Positions 57,668 to 64,000 of a stretch of DNA of 64,000 nucleotides are shown here, one piece after another. The stretch covers positions 2,316 to 66,315 of the forward strand of contig JAAZMR010000046.1 of assembly GCA_012798695.1 (NCBI GenBank), read 5' to 3'. Under the pieces are notes generated by a model. The model did no database searches. It was not told the DNA's origin and was given only the letters and a program-made list of their open reading frames with translations. The position numbers and the translations under genes were made by a program. Origin of the DNA: Bacillota bacterium (lineage in GTDB: Bacteria; Bacillota; Limnochordia; DTU087). How positions within the stretch are numbered: position 1 is the first letter of the stretch; each line of letters begins with the position of its first letter.

Positions 57668-58345
57668 CTACGCCAGGGCCTTCAGTTGATCGAGGTTAGT
57701 CACCACCAGACGCTCGGAAAGGTCAAGTACATCCTGAGCAACCAATGACCGCAAGGCGGCTATCATTTCACCCTCCCGGGCACCGATAGCTGCTTGGATA
57801 TCAGCTACCTGCAGTGGATAGTCGATCACTAAGCCACCGGCACTGATTATACCCCGATGGAGTGCCAATCCCAGCAAATAGCGGGCCAGACGCACTTGCA
57901 GAGGTTGGCGATACAGCTCTGATACAGGGTTTCTCTGTGAAGCAAGGGCTGCTGTGTTTTCCAAAATCTGCCACAAGGTCTCTGGACGGGATTTGATATA
58001 CTGTGCGAAAGCCAATTTGTCCAGCTTTAACAATCTGCTGGGATAAAGAGCCATCAGCCAGTGAGATGTAAAAGCCGGGCCAAAAAGGGCAAGCTCCTCC
58101 AAACAGCTGCCGTCAGCAAAGATGTCCAAAGTGGTCTCCCAGCCCTTGCTCTCCTCCACGAGCTTCACCAAGCCCTCGTCCACTATCAATAGACCCTCTC
58201 CCGCTTCACCCCGCAGATCGAGTTTGTCTCCAGTGGATAGCTCCAGATATCGCATCAGCCCGATAATCTCCAACAGCTCTTCGTCAGGCACCTGCTGCCA
58301 AAGAGCAAGGCCTCGTAATACAGCCATTACCCTTGTATCAGACAA
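57668..58345 (-). CDS. Crp/Fnr family transcriptional regulator
   Basis: N-terminal cNMP-binding-like beta-roll and C-terminal HTH (..VADIQAAIGAREGEMIAALRSL..). TTG start with AAAGGAGGGA 5 nt upstream. Lies 26 nt after the pfkB-like gene. Confidence 0.8.
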   Translation of the reverse strand: MSDTRVMAVLRGLALWQQVPDEELLEIIGLMRYLELSTGDKLDLRGEAGEGLLIVDEGLVKLVEESKGWETTLDIFADGSCLEELALFGPAFTSHWLMALYPSRLLKLDKLAFAQYIKSRPETLWQILENTAALASQRNPVSELYRQPLQVRLARYLLGLALHRGIISAGGLVIDYPLQVADIQAAIGAREGEMIAALRSLVAQDVLDLSERLVVTNLDQLKALA

Positions 58346-58371
58346 ACGTGTCCCTCCTTTTCACTTGCGCC

Positions 58372-59313
58372 TCACCTGTGGCGACAGACTCTTACCTGTT
58401 CAACCAATTCTTCTACAGTTGCCCATTCTGGGGGCTCTGTCCCCCGGGTTGTGGCCGCAGCAGCACCGGCTGCCATAGCCCAACACATAGCCTCAGCAAG
58501 ATCCTTACCTTCCCTAAGGGCCCAAACCATTCCCGCCAGAGTACTATCTCCACAGCCCACCGTGGTCTGCGCCACCACTTCTGGAGGTATCCCTTGCCAG
58601 ATTTGGCCTTTATGCCCCAGGAACCCTCCAGCTTTACCGAGGGTGAGCAAAACATAGTCAATCCCTCGCTGAGCTAGCTCCCCTACCGCAGCTACCGCAC
58701 CGGCCTCATCCCGGAGCTCCCAACCCAACACCTGTGCCGCTTCTGTCTCATTGGGCTTGATCAGATCAGGCCCAGCCTCCAGCCCTGCCCGTAGGCCAAT
58801 CCCGCTGGCATCTAGAGCTACCCTAGCCCCTTTGCTTTTCGCAGTCTCGATCAAACCAGCATAAAAGTCCTGAGGAGTGCCTGGTGGAACACTGCCGGAG
58901 ATCACTACCCAATCCCACTCAGAAGCTTTACTGGACACCTTAGCTTGTAGTTCCTGCAATTCCTCTTCTGTGACCATGGGTCCGGGTTCATTGATCTCGG
59001 TCACACATTTGTCCAAGACGGCCCAGACCTTCAAATTGGTGCGGGTATCGTCCTGGACTTCCACCCAATCTACAGATATGTCCAGCTCCTCCAGACGCTT
59101 GACTAACCAATGGCCACTGTTGCCCCCTACCATGGTCAAGGCTTCCGTGGGCTGGCCCCAACGACTGAGGGCTCGGGAAACATTGATCCCCTTACCCGAG
59201 GGCTGTTCGAGCTTGTTTTTGACCCGATTTAGACCACCCACTACCAGGTGATCTAGTTCCAGTGTCCGATCAATGCAGGGGTTAAGGGTTACTGTTGCAA
59301 TCAATACAATCAC
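58372..59313 (-). CDS. PfkB-family sugar kinase (1-phosphofructokinase / tagatose-6-phosphate kinase-like)
   Basis: ..TLNPCIDRT.. N-terminus typical of FruK/LacC and C-terminal ..GCGDSTLAG.. ribokinase-family motif. Confidence 0.85.
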   Translation of the reverse strand: MIVLIATVTLNPCIDRTLELDHLVVGGLNRVKNKLEQPSGKGINVSRALSRWGQPTEALTMVGGNSGHWLVKRLEELDISVDWVEVQDDTRTNLKVWAVLDKCVTEINEPGPMVTEEELQELQAKVSSKASEWDWVVISGSVPPGTPQDFYAGLIETAKSKGARVALDASGIGLRAGLEAGPDLIKPNETEAAQVLGWELRDEAGAVAAVGELAQRGIDYVLLTLGKAGGFLGHKGQIWQGIPPEVVAQTTVGCGDSTLAGMVWALREGKDLAEAMCWAMAAGAAAATTRGTEPPEWATVEELVEQVRVCRHR

Positions 59314-59589
59314 CTGCCCGGGTTCTCTTTGTCATCCGCTTATAGAGATAGATTACACCAAGAATCTGTGACTTTGCGGTCATAGGGTACTAAAAGGTAT
59401 TCGTACAGATAATGTGGAATTGTTATCTAATGGCAAGATTCCCCGCACATCACGGGAAAACCTGCTGCGGGGGGTTCCTAGCGGGAAACAATGACATCGA
59501 GATGAGCTTCACAGTCAGCTCGCAATTTGCACTGGCACATGCCTAAGGCTCTAGTAGTACGTGGTCACGCAACTGTGAGGAGGGTAAAC

Positions 59590-61119
59590 ATGAGCTGCAT
59601 GATTGGAATTGATATTGGTACCAGTGGAGTGAAGACGTTAGTTGTCACAGAAACGGGGAAAATAGTGGCTCAGGCCACAGCAGAATACCCATTATATCAC
59701 CCTAAGGCCGGCTGGGCAGAACAAGACCCAGAAGATTGGTGGCAAGCAACTCTAACGACCTTAAAGAAGATCGGTGAAGATTTGGGCAGTGACGCAGACA
59801 GAGTAAAAGCCATCGGCCTTTCCGGTCAGATGCATGGCTCCGTCTTTCTGGATAAATCGGGTAATGTCCTGCGTCCGGCTATCCTTTGGTGTGATGTACG
59901 CACTGCCGATCAATGCCGTTATATTACAGAAACAGTGGGCAGAGACGAACTGATCCGCCACACTTCCAACCCAGCTTTGGAGGGCTTTACAGCTCCGAAA
60001 ATCGTTTGGCTGCAGCAAAACGAACCCGATGTCTATCGACAGGTAGCCAAAGTGCTGCTGCCTAAAGACTATGTACGCTATCGGCTTACAGGTGAAATTT
60101 TCACAGAGATGTCAGATGCCGCCGGCAGTCTGTTACTTGATGTGACTCACCGGCGCTGGTCGGAGCCGGTTCTCCAAGCCTTGAATATTGACCCAGAGAT
60201 CCTGCCTGAATGTCGGGAGTCGATCGATGTCTGTGGCACTCTGACCCAGCAAGTTGCCGAGTCTACCGGCTTGCCTGCCGGCATTCCCGTAGCCGGAGGC
60301 GGTGCCGATAATGCCTGTGGTGCTACCGGAGCGGGCATCGTCCGTCCCGGGCGTGTACTTTCCAGCATAGGCTCATCTGGTGTGATTGTTGTCCATACAG
60401 ATCAGCCGCAGACTGATCCCCAAGGCAAAGTCCATACCTTTAACCATGCTATCCCCCACAGATGGTATGTGATGGGTGTAATCATGGCGGCCGGGCTTTC
60501 CCTAAAGTGGTTCAGAGATAATCTGGGCCATCTGGAAAAGCAAATGGAAAGCCTAACCGGTACCGATGCCTATGACTTAATGAGTGCACAGGCTGCCCCT
60601 ACACCTCCCGGAGCAGAGGGTCTTGTCTTCCTGCCCTATCTCAATGGTGAGAGAACTCCCCATGCCGATGCCTATGCCCGAGGCGTTTTCTTCGGCCTTA
60701 CTCCCCGCCATACTCGGGGTCACCTAATTAGAGCCGTCATGGAAGGCGTCGTCTATGCTCTCAGAGATTCCGTGGAGATTATCCGGGCCATGGGGATTCC
60801 GATCGAACAGGTGCGGGCAATTGGTGGTGGAGCCAAGAGCCCACTTTGGAGGCAGATGCAGGCTGATATTATGCAGTTGGAAGTAGCTACGTTGAATATT
60901 GACGAAGGACCGGCTTTCGGAGCCGCCCTCCTGGCGGGTGTCTGTGCCCAAGTCTACAGTAGTGTCGAAGAGGCTGCAGAGAATACGGTCCGGATCGTGC
61001 ATACTACTGAACCAAATCGGGACCTAACCAGGCTGTACGATGATTACTATCAGCTGTTCCGCTCCCTGTACCCGGCACTCAAAGACCGTTTCCGAGAGGC
61101 TGCCCAACTGGAAATATAA
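59590..61119 (+). CDS. xylB: Xylulokinase (FGGY carbohydrate kinase)
   Basis: ..MIGIDIGTSGVKTLVV.., ..LSGQMHGSVFLD.. and ..AIGGGAKSPLWRQMQADI.. are FGGY motifs in the xylulokinase arrangement. ATG at 59590 with GAGGAGGG upstream. Confidence 0.85.
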   Translation: MSCMIGIDIGTSGVKTLVVTETGKIVAQATAEYPLYHPKAGWAEQDPEDWWQATLTTLKKIGEDLGSDADRVKAIGLSGQMHGSVFLDKSGNVLRPAILWCDVRTADQCRYITETVGRDELIRHTSNPALEGFTAPKIVWLQQNEPDVYRQVAKVLLPKDYVRYRLTGEIFTEMSDAAGSLLLDVTHRRWSEPVLQALNIDPEILPECRESIDVCGTLTQQVAESTGLPAGIPVAGGGADNACGATGAGIVRPGRVLSSIGSSGVIVVHTDQPQTDPQGKVHTFNHAIPHRWYVMGVIMAAGLSLKWFRDNLGHLEKQMESLTGTDAYDLMSAQAAPTPPGAEGLVFLPYLNGERTPHADAYARGVFFGLTPRHTRGHLIRAVMEGVVYALRDSVEIIRAMGIPIEQVRAIGGGAKSPLWRQMQADIMQLEVATLNIDEGPAFGAALLAGVCAQVYSSVEEAAENTVRIVHTTEPNRDLTRLYDDYYQLFRSLYPALKDRFREAAQLEI

Positions 61120-61137
61120 GATAGCTTTCGCCATATC

Positions 61138-61165
61138 AAAGGAGCCCCGTCGGAGGGCTCCTTTA
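61138..61165. terminator. Stem-loop between convergent xylB and the PilZ gene
   Basis: aaaggagccc-cgtcgga-gggctccttt, 9-10 bp GC-rich stem flanked by A/T runs. Confidence 0.5.
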
Positions 61166-61224
61166 TCATCCGGAAATTATCCGAATGCCTTGCCAAGCAT
61201 ATCCTCCCCAGCGCAAGCCTTGGG

Positions 61225-61890
61225 TTATAGGATCCCCTTATTACGGCGTTCCCGCTGTTGCTGGAAGAGATAGCGAATAATTTCGTCCTGGAAGGTCGAC
61301 GCAATCTCCTCGATCTCCAATCCTACCGCTACCCGCTCTCTGTGGTCTTCTGCGATCGGTGCTTTGCGGACAACCCGGGCGATGATCGTTTCACTCATAT
61401 CCGGTAAATGCAAATCAATTAACAGGAGACTATTATGGCGCAGCTTGGGTTCATCCTCTACCCAGGCCAGCAGCCCACAGCCACTCAAGTTCTTCACCAA
61501 TCCACGCTTTTCCGGAATGGGGGGCTCTATCAACGCTTCCTCAGATTCCAGCACCACATAATCCATATTGAGCAAGACATCCAAGCGAAAGAAGGCGCGC
61601 CGATTGGCAGCCGTCAATTCGGCAGGCCATTGCACTACTAGACAGGGAATATGCCCACTGCGCCGACCCAGAACCGCGGTTTCAAACGCATAGAGACTAT
61701 CTCTATGGGCAATAGTGATCTTCACCTGATCTCCGATGCGTATCGGCTCCAGCACACCACCTCTGAGGGGGGCTGCCAGCACGATGCCACTGCCATCGAG
61801 AATCTCAATCCGACTAGGATAGCACTGTCGTTCTCCTCTAACCACTGCTTCCAGCTCTACCCGCTGATTCACTTGGATGATTTCCTCCAT
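61225..61890 (-). CDS. PilZ-domain flagellar brake protein (YcgR / YpfA-MotI-like)
   Basis: C-terminal PilZ c-di-GMP motifs RRAFFR (RxxxR) and D-x-S-x-GG (..KNLSGCGLL..), preceded by a YcgR-N-like domain. Start set at MEEIIQV.., but this is uncertain: a TATAAT box sits near the track ORF start. Confidence 0.75.
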   Translation of the reverse strand: MEEIIQVNQRVELEAVVRGERQCYPSRIEILDGSGIVLAAPLRGGVLEPIRIGDQVKITIAHRDSLYAFETAVLGRRSGHIPCLVVQWPAELTAANRRAFFRLDVLLNMDYVVLESEEALIEPPIPEKRGLVKNLSGCGLLAWVEDEPKLRHNSLLLIDLHLPDMSETIIARVVRKAPIAEDHRERVAVGLEIEEIASTFQDEIIRYLFQQQRERRNKGIL

Positions 61891-62060
61891 CACAGGCTGC
61901 GCACCGCCCCCGGGCGTTCTTCCCGCTCCGAAAGAAAGCGGCACTCCCTCCTTGTCTGCCTTCGCAAGATTATTCTCGGGATACCAATACAATTATACTC
62001 AAGGCTGCCAAGTTCCTCCATGGAATCAGCTAATGCTCCCGAGTTCTTACTTCAATACCC

Positions 62061-63917
62061 TCAAGGCTCACCAGTTTCCTGGTTCGCTACCAAGAGGCCT
62101 CGCTCCTGGGCAGTGGCATTGATCTCTTCCAGGCTCGCAATCGCCCACTGCATGGCCGAGGTGCTGGCCGCCGCCATAAAATAGACTTTTCCATCAGGAT
62201 AAACAGCCACCCGGCCACTGCGTCCCGCCATTTGGATCAAAGTGCGAGCATCATATAAAGAGTCATGGGCATACAAGATGATAACATCTGCTCTGGGAAT
62301 TGTGATACCCCGCTCCAAAACACTAGTACTGACCATTACCGCCGGTGCGCGCTCGGCAAAGATGATCCGTTTTTCATCTCGCTGAGGATCACGAGAATGT
62401 GTACCCAATATGGCAACCGAGGAGAGCCCCTCAGTAGTGCCGAGTTCGGTTGAGACTACTTGGCCAACTGCAGAGACCAGCCAAATGCGGGGTACGAAGA
62501 TAAAGACCCGATTACCTGCATACAAGCTTTCCCGTAATTTAACCAAGAAATCATGGGAGAGATTAAGACCGGCCTTGGTCTGAGGAGCGTTTTTGTGCAC
62601 CAGCTGACTAGGCACCTGATGATGTCTATCTATGACCAATTCGGGCACTGGCATCGGGTAACCATGATGACGCACCGGGACGGTAATCAGCTGCACAGCT
62701 CCCCGTCGTGTCGCCTGCAGCATGGTAGGTTCCGGTGTAGCCGTCATATATACCTTGAGACCCCCCGGCTTTACTGCTCGCTGAAATGCCCGGTAGAGCA
62801 TAGCTGAACCGGCATAGGGGAAAGCATCAGCTTCATCTAGGATAGCCAAATCGAAGCACCGGGAAAAACGCAAGAGCTGATGGGTTGTGGCAATGACCAA
62901 AGGCCCCATATGCTCAGGGCGAGGGGCGCCTCCATATAGGGCAGTGATCGGTATTTCGGGGAAAGCTGCTCCTGCCCGCTCAGCCAATTCCACCACCACA
63001 TCTCGCCGGGGGATGGCAAAAACCACTCTTAACCCTGCCCCCAATACCAAAGCCAGAGCCTCAAAGGCTATTTCCGTCTTCCCGGCACCACAAACTGCCC
63101 AGACAAGACATGCAGGATTATCCGGATCATCTGGCCCAATCCGCGTGGCATGATCGTGCTCCATCCCCACATAGTGTTCCAGCCATTTTCTTACCGAGGA
63201 CTTTAGCTCTGCCGCTGCATTTGTCTGGGCTCGTGTCAGTTGAAAGTCAAACTTAGGCTTTAGATCAATACGGCTCTGGTTCTGTGAGCCACCATCTAGC
63301 AACCCTCGATATAGCTCCCGGCAGCTGCGCATTTCCCCTAGGCTCCGACAACTGGGACAGACAACACAATTCTGCCTGCCACAGAGGGGGCAATCGATGC
63401 TCTCGAGCTGCAGTTTTTCCCCACAACGGCTGCAGACATGATAACCCGCCAGAGGGGAGACAATCCCCGGCCAAATACTGACTTTGCCTTCCAGGGATAG
63501 GGCTTGCAATACATCTCGTAAGGGATAGGGATTGGATGGGCTCTTTTGGTTCACTAGTGATTGAATATCATCATAGGATAGTAATCGACCCTGCAGCAGC
63601 TGTGCAACCACATCCATTACATCGTTCGGCATCTGCCCACAAGTCGCCTCAGGGGGCTCAATCAATCTAACCCCGATGTTTTGCCAGTGTCTAAACCCCT
63701 GGCGATGCAGCCACCTTCCGACAAACTGCAACCAGTGTCTGATTTCAATGGGGCAATTTCTTGAAGAAACTCCCCGCCACCTAAATAGGTTCATCCAGGA
63801 ACATATTCGGGTAAAGCGAATAACCCCAGATTGGGCAATGCCATCAGTACAGGCCTTGGCCTGTAAAGCGGCTACCACAGGAGCGGCTAGATCCACTGGC
63901 AAGGGCAACTCCGCCAC
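62061..63917 (-). CDS. comFA: Competence helicase ComFA (DEAD/DEAH-box, with N-terminal Cys-rich zinc-binding region)
   Basis: Cys cluster ..CSRCGEK...CPLCGRQNCVVCPSC.., Walker A ..AVCGAGKTE.., DEAD-like ..ILDEADAF.. and helicase C-terminal motifs (..QMAGRSGR..). The real start is probably internal to the 618-aa track ORF. Confidence 0.8.
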   Translation of the reverse strand: MAELPLPVDLAAPVVAALQAKACTDGIAQSGVIRFTRICSWMNLFRWRGVSSRNCPIEIRHWLQFVGRWLHRQGFRHWQNIGVRLIEPPEATCGQMPNDVMDVVAQLLQGRLLSYDDIQSLVNQKSPSNPYPLRDVLQALSLEGKVSIWPGIVSPLAGYHVCSRCGEKLQLESIDCPLCGRQNCVVCPSCRSLGEMRSCRELYRGLLDGGSQNQSRIDLKPKFDFQLTRAQTNAAAELKSSVRKWLEHYVGMEHDHATRIGPDDPDNPACLVWAVCGAGKTEIAFEALALVLGAGLRVVFAIPRRDVVVELAERAGAAFPEIPITALYGGAPRPEHMGPLVIATTHQLLRFSRCFDLAILDEADAFPYAGSAMLYRAFQRAVKPGGLKVYMTATPEPTMLQATRRGAVQLITVPVRHHGYPMPVPELVIDRHHQVPSQLVHKNAPQTKAGLNLSHDFLVKLRESLYAGNRVFIFVPRIWLVSAVGQVVSTELGTTEGLSSVAILGTHSRDPQRDEKRIIFAERAPAVMVSTSVLERGITIPRADVIILYAHDSLYDARTLIQMAGRSGRVAVYPDGKVYFMAAASTSAMQWAIASLEEINATAQERGLLVANQETGEP

Positions 63918-64000
63918 AAATAGGCAGTCATAACCTCTAGTGGCGAGTAATGCTGTATCTAGGTAGGGATCATGCGTGAAGCCATAGCGAAATTGCTGGG

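Noticed and set aside
43090-61992. The 19-kb comFC-comFA interval as a recent mobile genomic island
   Set aside because: No integrase or recombinase, tRNA, flanking direct repeats or abrupt composition shift is visible.
1-64000. CRISPR arrays, rRNA or tRNA genes, IS elements
   Set aside because: I scanned for short, regularly spaced direct repeats, tRNA-like cloverleaf regions and transposase or integrase motifs. None were found.

Overview
This 64 kb window looks like a Firmicutes-type chromosome (about 52% GC). It carries the Bacillus-like late flagellar gene order comF / yvyF / flgM / flgN / flgK / flgL / yviE-like / fliW / csrA, and it splits into three functional blocks. All calls rest on reading the six-frame translations for family-defining motifs; no database search was run.

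Block 1, positions 1 to 31 kb, is a carbohydrate utilisation island.
- It starts with a Gfo/Idh/MocA oxidoreductase and a xylose-isomerase-like TIM-barrel enzyme.
- Then come a GH31 alpha-xylosidase-like enzyme, a GH3 beta-glycosidase, a formylglycine-type sulfatase, an alkaline-phosphatase-superfamily enzyme, a family-5 solute-binding protein and a URO-D-like protein.
- Two regulators follow (an AraC-family regulator and a GntR/LacI hybrid) together with an EamA exporter.
- The block ends with two paralogous CUT1 sugar ABC cassettes (binding protein plus two permeases), each followed by a DUF1680/GH127-type (beta-L-arabinofuranosidase-like) enzyme, and a third GH127 paralog.

Block 2, positions 31 to 43 kb, is a sigma-D-type late flagellar region on the minus strand.
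- It encodes fliD, fliS, flaG, csrA, fliW, flgL, flgK, flgN, flgM and a yvyF-like zinc-ribbon protein.
- It contains no flagellin gene.
- Several non-flagellar genes are embedded in it: a nucleotidyltransferase, an opposite-strand gene of unknown function, a small Rrf2-like winged-helix protein, and an amidohydrolase coupled to fliD.
- It ends at comFC.

Block 3, positions 43 to 64 kb, holds several separate units.
- An unusual four-gene ABC exporter: two different ATPases, one of them with an AbrB/SpoVT-like C-terminal domain, an HlyD adaptor and a fused double-FtsX permease.
- A compact, signal-peptide-less [NiFe] hydrogenase (small plus large subunit) divergent from a maturation operon of endopeptidase, hypA, an N-terminally truncated hypF, hypC, hypD and hypE, with no hypB.
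- A THF riboswitch with an SD-sequestering hairpin upstream of folT.
- A Crp/Fnr regulator plus PfkB kinase operon, xylB, a PilZ/YcgR flagellar-brake gene, and comFA.

comFA and comFC are therefore separated by about 19 kb.

I found no CRISPR array, rRNA, tRNA or transposase/integrase.
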